Shown in pieces: positions 52,134 to 64,000 of a DNA stretch of 64,000 nucleotides. Source of the stretch: Vicinamibacterales bacterium (GTDB lineage: Bacteria; Acidobacteriota; Vicinamibacteria; Vicinamibacterales; UBA2999); the NCBI GenBank assembly GCA_046331325.1, contig JAXLRB010000007.1, forward strand, positions 82,107-146,106, written 5' to 3'. Positions within the stretch are counted from its first letter, which is position 1. The number at the start of each line of letters is the position of its first letter. Position numbers and translations under genes: made by a program. The notes under the pieces are model-generated. The model was given only the letters and a program-made list of their open reading frames with translations. It did not search any database and was not told the DNA's origin.

Positions 52134-52139
52134 TATACT
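52134..52139 (+). promoter_or_regulatory. -10-like hexamer TATACT, 17 nt upstream of ATG 52157
   Basis: Back-to-back with the divergent TAGAGT element in a 54-bp intergenic region. Confidence 0.4.
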
Positions 52140-52156
52140 GCCCGAGGTTCCTCGTC

Positions 52157-53551
52157 ATGCCTCTCGCGCCCGACACCGTCACCGCCCTCGTCCACGAATT
52201 GCGCACGATTCTCGGGGATCGCGTTTCCACCGCGGCGTCCGTGAAGGAGCACCACAGCCACGGCGAGTCGTGGCACGCGGCGGCCGACCCCGACGCCGTG
52301 GTTTTTCCAGAGACCACCGACGAGGTGAGCCGGGTGGTGCGGGCCTGCGCCGCGCACGACGCGCCGATCATCCCGTTCGGCATCGGCAGCTCGCTCGAAG
52401 CGCACGTGAACGCCATTCGCGGCGGCGTCTCGATCGACCTCACGCGCATGACGAAGGTGCTGCGCCTGAGCCCTGACGACATGGACGTCACGGTCGAGGC
52501 CGGCCTCACGCATCGCAAGCTCAACGACCACCTGAAGAACACCGGCCTGATGTTCATGGTGGATCCCGGCGCGGACGCGACCATCGGCGGCATGACCGCC
52601 ACGCGCGCCTCGGGCACGGCGGCCGTGCGCTACGGCACGATGCGCGAGACCGTGCTGGGCCTCACCGTGGTGCTGGCCGACGGCCGCGTGATCCGCACGG
52701 GCGGCCGCGCCCGCAAGTCGTCGTCGGGTTACGACCTCACGCGGCTCTTCGTGGGGTCGGAAGGCACGCTCGGCGTCATCACCGAGGTGACGCTGCGTCT
52801 TTACGGCCGCCCCGAGGCGATCACCACCGCCGTCTGCAACTTCCCGTCGATGGAAGCCGCGGCCACCACCGTGATCCAGACGATTCAGCTCGGCGTGCCG
52901 GTGGCGCGCATCGAGATCATCGACGAGGCGCAGCTGCGCGTCGTGAACCAGTACTCGAAGACGTCGTTCCCCGAAGCGCCGACGCTCTTCTTCGAGTTCC
53001 ACGGCCCGAGCCAGGCCGTGGTGGAAGAGCACGCGCGGCTCGTGAAGGACGTGACGGACGAGCACGGCGGCTCGGCCTTCCGCTGGACGTCGTCGCTCGA
53101 AGAGCGCGCGAAGCTGTGGGAGGCGCGCCACAACGCGCTCTACGCCACCATCGCGTCGCGTCCCGGCTGCAAGGCGTGGACGAGCGACGTCTGCGTGCCC
53201 ATCGCGCACCTGGCCGAGTGCATCGTCGAAACGCAGCAGGATCTGGCGGCCTCGAACCTCGTGGCGCCGCTCGTCGGCCATGCCGGCGACGGCAACTTCC
53301 ACCTGATCTTCATGCTCGATCCGAACGATGGCGACGAGCACGCGCGCGTCGCGGCGGCGAATCACCGGCTCGTGGAGCGGGCGCTGAAGTTCGGCGGCAC
53401 CTGCTCGGGGGAACATGGCGTGGGCACCGGCAAGCTGAAGTACCTCGAGCACGAACATGGCGTCGAGGCGCTGGCGGTGATGCGGCAGGTGAAGGCGGCG
53501 CTGGACCCGAAGAACCTGATGAACCCCGGCAAGCTGGTGCCGGGCACGTAG
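52157..53551 (+). CDS. FAD-linked oxidase (D-lactate dehydrogenase / GlcD-like)
   Basis: Start at ATG 52157 (MPLAPDTVTALV..). It has a PCMH-type FAD-binding domain, with HAGDGNFHLIF and GEHGVG motifs. Confidence 0.85.
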   Translation: MPLAPDTVTALVHELRTILGDRVSTAASVKEHHSHGESWHAAADPDAVVFPETTDEVSRVVRACAAHDAPIIPFGIGSSLEAHVNAIRGGVSIDLTRMTKVLRLSPDDMDVTVEAGLTHRKLNDHLKNTGLMFMVDPGADATIGGMTATRASGTAAVRYGTMRETVLGLTVVLADGRVIRTGGRARKSSSGYDLTRLFVGSEGTLGVITEVTLRLYGRPEAITTAVCNFPSMEAAATTVIQTIQLGVPVARIEIIDEAQLRVVNQYSKTSFPEAPTLFFEFHGPSQAVVEEHARLVKDVTDEHGGSAFRWTSSLEERAKLWEARHNALYATIASRPGCKAWTSDVCVPIAHLAECIVETQQDLAASNLVAPLVGHAGDGNFHLIFMLDPNDGDEHARVAAANHRLVERALKFGGTCSGEHGVGTGKLKYLEHEHGVEALAVMRQVKAALDPKNLMNPGKLVPGT

Positions 53552-53558
53552 CCGCGAT

Positions 53559-54425
53559 CTAGGGACGCAGCTTCAGCGCCGCGAAGCCGGCACGCAGCGC
53601 CGACGGCGACGCCAGGCGCACGTTGGTCTCGTGCGCCGCGCCAGGCGTGATCTCCGCCTTCCAGGGCAGGCCCGCGGCGGCGGCGCGCCGTTCGAGCACC
53701 GACCGCAGAAGCACGTAGCCGCTCTGCAGTCCCGCGCCTTCGTTGGCGCCGACGCTCGTGTAGAACCAGCCGCCGAGCGCATGTGCCGACGCGAGATGCC
53801 GGTCCACGGCGTCCATCACCACGTCTTCATCCCGCCACACCGCCGGGCTGTGCGCGAATCGCCCCTGGAACAGCGCCGGCGCGCTCACGAGCGACCAGCA
53901 CGTGAAGATGGCGCCGAGCGAGTGGCCGACGAGCAGCCGCGGGGCGGCGGTGCGGTAGTCGCGATCGATGCGCGGCACGAGCTCGTCGGCGAGGAACCGC
54001 AGGAAGCGATCGGCGCCGCCCACGAAGCGCGATCCGTCGCGGCGCGGGAAGGACATCGACGGCGGCAGGAAGTCGAGTGCGCGCTCGCCGCGGCGCATGT
54101 TGGGGATGCCGATCACGATCACGCCTGGAGCGGCGCCTTCGCGGGCCAGCGCGCGGGCGGCGTCGGCGGTGTGGCCGTCGAGCGGTGGACCGTCGAGCAC
54201 GTAGATCGTGGTGTAGCGGCGGTTCGGCGCGGTGCTGTACCCCTCCGGCAGATAGACGTGGTACTCGCGTTCGACGCCCAGCGCGGCCGAGCGCAATCGC
54301 GCGGTGACGTCGGGACGCGATCGCGGGGCGAGATCCTGCGCGAGCGCCACGGCGCCGGCGGCCTGGGGCACGAGCACGGCGAGACGGGCGAGGGCGGCGC
54401 GGCGCGTCAAGCCGGCGATCGTCAC
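53559..54425 (-). CDS. alpha/beta-hydrolase, putative esterase family
   Basis: VGHSLGA nucleophile elbow. Start set to GTG 54425 ([17 protein letters not shown], twin-Arg-like) so that it does not overlap the divergent topoisomerase start. The track start is 54503. Confidence 0.65.
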   Translation of the reverse strand: MTIAGLTRRAALARLAVLVPQAAGAVALAQDLAPRSRPDVTARLRSAALGVEREYHVYLPEGYSTAPNRRYTTIYVLDGPPLDGHTADAARALAREGAAPGVIVIGIPNMRRGERALDFLPPSMSFPRRDGSRFVGGADRFLRFLADELVPRIDRDYRTAAPRLLVGHSLGAIFTCWSLVSAPALFQGRFAHSPAVWRDEDVVMDAVDRHLASAHALGGWFYTSVGANEGAGLQSGYVLLRSVLERRAAAAGLPWKAEITPGAAHETNVRLASPSALRAGFAALKLRP

Positions 54426-54486
54426 GACGCCGACGGTATCATCAACGGAGCCGGCGATCCGAGGCTGGTATCCTGACACGTTCCCG

Positions 54487-56929
<2,443 letters not shown>

Positions 56930-56943
<14 letters not shown>

Positions 56944-59922
56944 GGCGCGGATCCGCCGCGTCGTCGCGGCGGGTCTGCTGATCGCGTGCGCGCTGGCGAG
57001 TCGCGGATCCGTGGTGCGGGCGGATGTGGCGGCCACCGCGGCGTGGCGCGTCGCCAGCGGGATCTCGACCGCCTTCGCCATCGACTCGACCATCTACGTC
57101 GGCGGCGCCTTCACCCAGCTCTACACCCCCGCCACCTCCGAGGATCAGTTCTACGATCCCATCACCGGGCAGGTGCGCGCCGAGTGCGCGCGGTCCACCA
57201 GCAGCACGCGATCGCTCTTCGGGTATCCCGACAACCAGGGCGGTCTGCTCGTCCCCGTCAGGTGGGCGACACCTACGCCGATTCGGGCGGCTCGTTCGTG
57301 CCGCCCGACGACACCACCATCGTGCGCATCGCGCCGAACTGCCTGTGGGATCGCCAGTTCGCCGCCGGCACCCTCGATCCCCAGGATCCGTTCAACACCA
57401 CGATCGGCCCGCCGGCCCGCGCCGGCAACATCGTGGTCGCCACCAACGCCATCGTCAACTTCACCACCGGGTTCCTGCAGGCGCAGGCGGCGTCGTACAG
57501 CGCCATCACCGGCGCCCGCACGCGCTTCCGCAACGACTACCAGATCGGCTTCGGCGGCCAGCGCGTTTCGGAACTGGGCGTGCTCGGCGCCTCGGCCACG
57601 CGCATCATCGTGCGCGTGCGCACCGGCTCGCTGGGCAGCTACACGCTGGGCGCGCTGGATCCGGCCACGCTCGATCTGTTCACGTCGTCGTCGACGCTCG
57701 CCGACGAGTCGCTGGGCGCGAAGTCGTGGATCCGCGGCAACACGCTGTATCGGCTGCGGCCGTCGCCCTCGAACGCGCTCGAGGCCTACGACCTGGGCAC
57801 GCTGGCGCCGAAGAGCGGGTGGACCGCGCCCGTCGTGCCGTCGCTCACCGACATCGAGGTGGTCGGCAATCGCGTGTTCCTGGCCGCGCGCGTCGTGAAC
57901 AGCCAGACGCTGTCGCCACCGGCGGCCGTGCTGGCCACGACGGGCGCCATCGACACGTCGTGGGCGCCGCCGGCGCTGACGCGTCGCGTGCCCGATCCGA
58001 ACGGCGTGCCGTACCAGCCGGTGCTCACGGCGCTCGCCACCGACGGCGTGCGGCTCTATTTCGCCGGCGACTTCGAGCGCGTCGGCGGGAACGATCGCGA
58101 CGGCGTGGCCGCGATCGGCGCCTCGAACGCCGCGCTCGACGGCTGGGACCCGGCGCCGTTCCTCGTCTCGCCCCTCGACGCCACCACCACCGCGCTGCTC
58201 ATGACGCGGCCCACCGGGTCGAATCGCGCCACGCGGCGTTACCTGGCGGCGATCGATCGCGCCACGGGCGTGCCCACCGCGTGGGATCCGAACGACGCCG
58301 CCAAGGGCCTGCTGCACACGCCGGGGCCGGTCAGCGTCGTCACCGCCGACGCCACGCACGTGTACTTCGCCAACGCCTCGACCGGCGAGGTGCTGCGCGC
58401 CGATCGCGCGTCGGCGGTGGTCGACCAGACGTGGAAGGTCACGGTCACGCGCACGGATGGATCGCCGGGCGCCGTGAGCACCATGTCGGTCGGCAACGGC
58501 CTCGTGTACCTCGGCGGCGACTTCGACCGCATCACCGGCGTGAACTTCGGCGTGACGCCGCGTCGCTGGCTGGCCGCCATCGGCACCGATGGCCGTCTGA
58601 GCACCTGGGCGCCCGTGCTCGATGGCAACACCGGCGCGACGTGGCTGCGCACGCTGCTCGTCGATGGACGCACGGTGTACCTCGGCGGCGACTTCACCGC
58701 GGTGAACGGCGTGTACCTGCTGGGTTACGCGGCCGTGGATGGCCTCTCGGGCTCGGTGACGCAGCCGCTGATGTACGTGCCGGGCGACAACACCAGCGTC
58801 TACGGGCTCGCGACCGACGGCACGCAGATCTTCGTGGCTGGCGTGGCGTTCGGCGCGCCGCTGGTGGGCGCGGCCAGCGTGCCCGACGCACAGCTCACGC
58901 AGTACGGCCCCACCAACGGCGTCGTGCCGTCGAGCGCGGCGTTCGTCGCCGGCCGTCTCTATGCCGGGCAGGAATACGATCCGGACGCCAACGCGCCGAC
59001 GACACGCGCCGATCGCTGGGGCAAGGTGGTGGCCGACGCGCAGGGCCTCGTGCACCTGCTCGCCGACGGCTCGGTGGAGTACTTTCCCGCGCTGCCAGGC
59101 AATCCGCCCGGCGCCCCCACGCTGACGGCGACGTCGTTCGGCAACACGGTGTCGATCGCGTGGACGCCGGATGCCGCCGCCGGCGTGCCGTCGAGCTACA
59201 CGCTCTACGCGGGCAATGCGCCGGGCGTCTACAACCTGGCGGCGATTCCGCTGCGAGGCACCACCACGTTCAGCGCCAACGTGCCCACGGGGCTCTACTA
59301 CCTGTCGGTCGTGGCGCGAAACGGCTACGGCGCCAGTGCCCTCTCGAACGAAGTGGCGGTGCAGGCCGGCTGCGTGGCGCCGCCGCCGGCGCCGGCGGGG
59401 CTCGGCTACACGAAGTTCGGCAGCGCGCTGTCGATCGCGTGGAACGCGGCGTCGACGGCGACGACCTACACGCTCGAGGCCGGCACGGCGCCAGGCGTCG
59501 TCAACCTCGGCGCGATTCCGCTCGGCAACGTCACGCGCTTCACGACGGGGGCGCCGCTCGGCGTCTACTACGTGCGGGTGCGCGCGGCGAACGCCTGCGG
59601 CGTGGGGCCGGCGTCGAGCGAGATCGCGGTGAACCTGGATGGATCGACGCCGCCGCCGCAGACGCCGACCGGACTGGTCGCGACGGTGCAGGGTGCGGCG
59701 GTGACGTTCGCGTGGCAGCCGGCGGTGGCGGGTGGGCTGCCTTCGAGCTATCAGATCGAGGCGGGGGTGACGCCCGGTGGCGTCGTCGCGGTGCTGCCGA
59801 CGGCGTCGACCACGCTGCGCGTGCCGAACGCGCCGTCGGGCACCTTCTACGTGCGGGTGCGGGCCGTGAACGCGGCGGGGGCGAGCGCGCCCACCGCCGA
59901 CATCACGGTCGCGATTCCCTGA
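56930..59922 (+). CDS. large secreted repeat protein (propeller-like GDF..V.G repeats + three FN3-like domains), one frame change near 57253-57262
   Basis: The signal [23 protein letters not shown] is in the frame of track ORF 56930-57898. From about 57260 the sense continues in the frame of ORF 56986-59922 (..[18 protein letters not shown]..). The junction lies at a CCCC run. Confidence 0.7.
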
Positions 59923-59932
59923 TCGCCAGGCG

Positions 59933-60478
59933 CTAGCGCTTCGCGACCTTCAGCTCGGCGAGCTTGGCGGCCACGTCGGGTCCGGCCGTCGAGACCTTCA
60001 CCGATTTCTCGATGTACTGAATCTTGCCGTCGATACCGATGTAGAACGTCCAGCGGTTGGCGACACCGAACGTGCCGAGCACGCCGTACTTGTTGGCGAT
60101 GTCTTTGGAGGGATCGGCCAGGATGGGGTAGTCCGCTTCCACGTGCTGGGCGAACTTGGTGTTCTCTTCGATGGTGTCGACGCTGATGGCGTAGTACGCG
60201 ACCTTGTAGGCGCGAATCGCATCGCCGCTCTCACGGAGCGACTTGCATTCGATCGTTCAACCACCGGTGAACGCCTTGGGGAACCAGGCCAGCACCACCG
60301 CGCTCTTGCCCTTGAACTCGGCGAGCGTGTGGGTCTTGCCGTCAGAGCCCTTCAGCGTGAAGTTCGGAGCGTCGTCGCCAACCTTGAGTTCCACGGCCTT
60401 CTCCGCGCGGCCGGTTGCCGCGGCTGCGAGACTGATCACCATCCCGACACCGAATCTGAGCCACTTGCCGATGCGCAT
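59933..60478 (-). CDS. Bcp/PrxQ-type peroxiredoxin with in-frame TGA 60257-60259 at the peroxidatic Cys position; candidate selenoprotein
   Basis: Track ORFs 60257-60550 and 59933-60142 lie in one frame, joined by 38 open codons. The joined sequence reads ..VVLAWFPKAFTGG[TGA]TIECKSLRESGDAIRAYKVAYYAISVDTIEENTKFAQHVEADYPILADPS... This matches the Bcp pattern FYPKAMTPGCTVQAC. Start at ATG 60478 (MRIGKWLRFGVGMVISLAAAA), after GGAGG-N4. Confidence 0.7.
60224..60242 (-). promoter_or_regulatory. SECIS-like hairpin downstream of TGA 60257-60259
   Basis: The mRNA reads GUCGCUC-CGUGA-GAGCGGC, a 7-bp stem that includes one G-U pair. The apical loop begins 21 nt after the UGA and has GU at loop positions 2-3. 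Confidence 0.45.
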
Positions 60479-60549
60479 GTGCCCTCCGCCGCCGATCTTA
60501 GCAGCCCGGCCGGGCCGCATGCTCGTGCCGGATCGGCCCGGCGGCCCCA

Positions 60550-60555
60550 TATGAT
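60550..60555 (+). promoter_or_regulatory. -10-like hexamer TATGAT, 6 nt upstream of GTG 60562
   Basis: Reads ccaTATGATgggaacGTG, with no SD sequence. Confidence 0.4.
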
Positions 60556-60561
60556 GGGAAC

Positions 60562-63500
60562 GTGAGGGTGAGGGTGCCAGGCTGGCTCGCCTGGACGGCC
60601 GCCGGGATCGTGGCGGCCGTGGGCGCGCTGGCGCTGCTCGTGCAGTCGCCGCCGGCGACGCGCTGGGGCCGCGACTGGCTGATTCGGCAGGTCGCGACCC
60701 AGTGGCAGCTCGATCTCGCCACCTCGCGTCTCGAACTCGACCCCGTCTCCCGCCGCGTCACCGTCTACGACGTGCGTCTCGCCGCGCCGGGCCACGACGA
60801 CGTCCCCTTCTTCTCGGCCGCGCGCGTCTCGGCCTTGCTGCCCTGGTCGGTGTTCCGCGGCCGCGTGCGCGTCGACCTGCTGGAGGTCGACGGCGGACGC
60901 GTGCACCTCGTGCGCGAGAGCGGCGTGATGGTGAACCTGCCGCCGTCGTCGGGCAAACCGCCGCCCGAGGTGCCGCGCCGTCTCGACCTGCGCAACGTGC
61001 GCGTCAGCTGGCTCGACGTGATCTACCAGGATCGTACCGGCGACAGCGACGTGGCCGTGCGCGGCCTGCGCCTGATGCTCGACGAGCGGCAGCAGCGCGG
61101 CGTGGTCGACGCCGCCGGCACCATCGCCGCCGACTGGCTGCACGTGCGGCTCGGCGCCAAAGCGACGACCAGCGGCGCGTGGCGCGGCGGCGCGTCGTTC
61201 GACGGATCGCATCTCGCGCTCGACGGGCTCTCCATCCCGCTGCCCGAAGCGAACGTCGTCGTCGACGGCGCCATCCGCCGCGTGCTCGACGACACGCACT
61301 TCGAGCTCGGGCTGAAGGGCACGCTCGACTACGCGACGCTCTCGGCGTGGACGCCGCCGCCGGTGCCGGTGTCGGGTCCCGGCACGTTCACCGGCACCTT
61401 CACGGGTCCGTTCAACGCGTACATCCTCAAGGCCGACTTCGCGTCTCCGGGCCTCACGATCGCGCGCGCCGACGGCCTGCCTCTCACCGGGCATCTCGAG
61501 CTGACCTCGCCGCGCACCGTGATCCAGCCGTTCCGCGTCACGATGCCGGCCACCGCCGCATCGCCGCGTGAGGGCGTGGTTGAAGGCCGCTTCACCTACG
61601 AGTTCGGCGCCAGCTCGAGCGACATGGCGGCGACGTTCCGTGATGTCGATCTCGATCGCGCGCTGGCCGCCTACAACGAGGACCCGACGACGTTCGCCGC
61701 GTGGGAAGACGGCACGGTCACGATTCGCCGCGTCTCGCCCGCCGACACGATGGAACTGCACGCGCGCGGTACCAGCCGCGCGCTGACGCGCACCGATCGG
61801 ATCGCCCTCGACGGCACCTGGAAGGCGGACCTCGCGCGCGAGCAGTGGCACGTGGACCACGATCACCGCCTGCTCGACACCGTGCGCGCCAGCGGGTCGA
61901 TGGCGTGGCCGTCGGCCGACACGCCGGCGCGGTCGCCGCTGAGCGGTCCACTCGCCGTCGAGATCGGCAACGTGGGCCCCATGGTGCGCGCGGCGCGCCG
62001 CTCGGGCATCGATCTCTCGCCGTGGTTGATGGACGTCACCGGCCCCGCGTCGGGCACGCTGGCCATGGACGGCACCATGGCGCGAATGGTGATCCGCGGA
62101 CGGATCGCGTCGCAGCCGCTGCGGCTGCCCACCGGCGCCGCGGCCACCGCCGCCGCGGACATCGTCTACGACCTCGACACGCTGCAGGCCACCGCCTTCG
62201 AACTCACGACGCCCGGCGCGTCGATGACGGGCGACGTCACGATGGGCATGGAGTCGAGCCGCCTGAAGGGCAGCTTCCGCGCCTCGGCCACCGACCTGCC
62301 ACAGCTCGCCGCGCCCTTCGCCTCGCTGCCGACGCTGAGCGGCGTGGTGAACGTGCAGGGCACGATCGGCGGCACCACCGACACGCCCGACGTGCCGTTC
62401 ACGATCCAGTCGACGCCGATCGCCTACGAGGGGCAACGCGTCGGCACGGTGGATGTGCAGGCGCATCTCCTCGGTACCACGGTGGAGTTCGCGCGACTGT
62501 CGGTCGAGCAGGATCCCGGCACGTTCTCCGGCACGGGGCGTGTGGACTACGAGACCGGCGCCTACGACGTCACCCTCGCGGGGCGCGATCTGCAATGGAT
62601 GAACCCGCAGCAGGGGGCGCCGGTGGAGGCGGTGACGGCGCGACTCGACTTCGCCGGCGCCGGCACCTTCGAGACGCCGGGCGGCCGCGGCACGATGACG
62701 CTGACGCCGATCGGCGGTTCGATCGGCGACCTGGTCGGCGCGACCGACGTGCGCGCCGAGTTCGCGGCCGGCCTGCTGAACGCCACGGCGTTCCTGCCGA
62801 AGCTGCGCACGCTGGTGCAGGCCACGGTGTCGCCCCGCGCGCCCTACGCGTACCAGGGCACCGCGGCCGTGAGCGCGCTCGACGTGCAGCCGTTCCTGCT
62901 GGCCGTCGGCACGCTGCCAGAAGCCGTGTCCGGCACCGTGGGCGCCAGTGTCTCGTTCGACGGCCAGGCCAACGATCCCGATTCGGCGCGTGCGCTCGTC
63001 AACCTGCAGTCGGCCGAGCTCTCGGTGGGCGGCATGCCGGTGCGTCTCGAGCGCCCCGCGCGCGCGACCGTGCGGATGGACGACTTCACCGTCGACGATC
63101 TCGCGCTGCGCGCCGGGTCGACCACGCTCGTGGCGTCGGGGCGCTATCGCGACGGCGCCTCCACGCCGCTCAACGCCTCGCTGAACGGCCGCCTCGGCGA
63201 CGTGGTGGCGCTGGGCCGCGCGTTCGGCGCGGTGCCGCCGGGTGTCGCGGCCGACGGCGCCATCGACGGCACGTGGCAGAGCCGCGGTGGTTTCGAGAAC
63301 GCGCGTGCCACGCTACGTCTCGCCGACGCGACGGTGACGCCCGATGGCCTGCCATCGCTCACCGCGCTCACCACCACGGCGACCTTCGACGGCGCGGTGG
63401 TGACGGTGGATGCGCTGCGCGGCGAATGGCAGGGCGCGGTGCTCGAAGGCACGGCACGCGTGCCGCGTCCGGTGCTCACCGCCACGGCGGCGGCGCCGGC

Positions 63501-64000
63501 CTCCGCGCCAGCACGCGTCGATCTCACGCTGCGTGGCGTGACACAGCAGGCACTGGCGCCATGGCTGCCGGCGTCCACCGTGTCGCAGACCGATCTGAAG
63601 ATGGCGGCCACGCTCGGTCTCGACGTGACCTCGCCGACACTCGACGGACTTCGCGGCGCACTGGTGGTCGACCAGCTCGAGGTGACCGCCGCCGGCGTGC
63701 CGATCGCGCAGTCGCACCCCTCGAAGCTCGGCATCGCCGGACGCACCCTTACGTTCGACGACGTCACCTTCAGCGCCGGCACGCCGGTGGTGTTCGGCGG
63801 CCGCGTGACGATGCTCGACGTGCCGACGTTCGACGTGACCGTCACCGGGACGCCTGGCTTGCGACCCTTCTCGGTGCTGTCGCCATCGATGTCGGTCGAC
63901 GGCGCCGCCACCGTGGATCTGCGCGTCACCGGCACCACGGCCGCGCCGCGTGTGAACGGCCGCGTCGACCTCGACGATGCCGAGGTGGTGATGCGGAATC
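60562..64000 (+). CDS. TamB/AsmA-like translocation-and-assembly-module protein, N-terminal 1146 codons (runs off window)
   Basis: Not in the ORF track because no stop lies in the window. I checked the frame from GTG 60562 line by line and it is open to 64000. It has an N-terminal TM anchor (GWLAWTAAGIVAAVGALALLV) and then a long beta-rich repetitive body typical of TamB-like proteins. Confidence 0.65.
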   Translation, partial: MRVRVPGWLAWTAAGIVAAVGALALLVQSPPATRWGRDWLIRQVATQWQLDLATSRLELDPVSRRVTVYDVRLAAPGHDDVPFFSAARVSALLPWSVFRGRVRVDLLEVDGGRVHLVRESGVMVNLPPSSGKPPPEVPRRLDLRNVRVSWLDVIYQDRTGDSDVAVRGLRLMLDERQQRGVVDAAGTIAADWLHVRLGAKATTSGAWRGGASFDGSHLALDGLSIPLPEANVVVDGAIRRVLDDTHFELGLKGTLDYATLSAWTPPPVPVSGPGTFTGTFTGPFNAYILKADFASPGLTIARADGLPLTGHLELTSPRTVIQPFRVTMPATAASPREGVVEGRFTYEFGASSSDMAATFRDVDLDRALAAYNEDPTTFAAWEDGTVTIRRVSPADTMELHARGTSRALTRTDRIALDGTWKADLAREQWHVDHDHRLLDTVRASGSMAWPSADTPARSPLSGPLAVEIGNVGPMVRAARRSGIDLSPWLMDVTGPASGTLAMDGTMARMVIRGRIASQPLRLPTGAAATAAADIVYDLDTLQATAFELTTPGASMTGDVTMGMESSRLKGSFRASATDLPQLAAPFASLPTLSGVVNVQGTIGGTTDTPDVPFTIQSTPIAYEGQRVGTVDVQAHLLGTTVEFARLSVEQDPGTFSGTGRVDYETGAYDVTLAGRDLQWMNPQQGAPVEAVTARLDFAGAGTFETPGGRGTMTLTPIGGSIGDLVGATDVRAEFAAGLLNATAFLPKLRTLVQATVSPRAPYAYQGTAAVSALDVQPFLLAVGTLPEAVSGTVGASVSFDGQANDPDSARALVNLQSAELSVGGMPVRLERPARATVRMDDFTVDDLALRAGSTTLVASGRYRDGASTPLNASLNGRLGDVVALGRAFGAVPPGVAADGAIDGTWQSRGGFENARATLRLADATVTPDGLPSLTALTTTATFDGAVVTVDALRGEWQGAVLEGTARVPRPVLTATAAAPASAPARVDLTLRGVTQQALAPWLPASTVSQTDLKMAATLGLDVTSPTLDGLRGALVVDQLEVTAAGVPIAQSHPSKLGIAGRTLTFDDVTFSAGTPVVFGGRVTMLDVPTFDVTVTGTPGLRPFSVLSPSMSVDGAATVDLRVTGTTAAPRVNGRVDLDDAEVVMRN

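Noticed and set aside
57024-59936. 970-aa alternative + frame across the FN3/propeller gene
   Set aside because: Its composition is Arg/Ala/Gly-rich junk. The frame of ORF 56986-59922 gives recognisable repeats.
60436-62595. 719-aa minus-strand ORF
   Set aside because: It lies antisense to the open TamB-like frame, which has a TM anchor and a coherent repeat structure. This ORF has neither.

Overview
This is a very GC-rich, gene-dense chromosomal segment with about 50 protein genes. Intergenic gaps are short and many genes overlap at ATGA/GTGA junctions. I found no rRNA, tRNA, CRISPR array, transposase or integrase. The ORF track labels GTG/TTG starts as M. Most long antisense ORFs in it (for example 29844-34178) are GC-driven shadows of real genes on the other strand.

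The gene content suggests an Acidobacteriota- or Gemmatimonadota-like bacterium; this is inference only. It includes an ADOP-type duplicated FtsX permease, several CarboxypepD_reg repeat proteins, a TonB-receptor-like protein and a TamB-like protein.

Main observations:
1. Two genes are split in the ORF track by an in-frame TGA that falls exactly on a catalytic Cys position. One is a MerB-like organomercurial-lyase homologue (TGA 4392-4394). The other is a Bcp/PrxQ peroxiredoxin (TGA 60257-60259). Each TGA is followed by a hairpin whose apical loop starts 19-21 nt downstream, so both are candidate selenoproteins.
2. A translationally coupled operon of discrete AT-DH-KS-KR genes ends in a PksG-like HMG-CoA synthase that runs off the window edge.
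3. A D-threonine-aldolase-like PLP enzyme is co-transcribed with a lone BMC-H shell gene.
4. At least ten genes carry a TANNNT hexamer 5-7 nt upstream of the start codon, a leaderless-type architecture.
5. The 46-50.7 kb stretch contains repeatedly frame-disrupted genes, and next to it lies an 8-bp-periodic GATC repeat.
6. There is a tandem array of three paralogous genes, and several compact operons of unclear function.

All homology statements come from motif recognition by eye. No searches were run.
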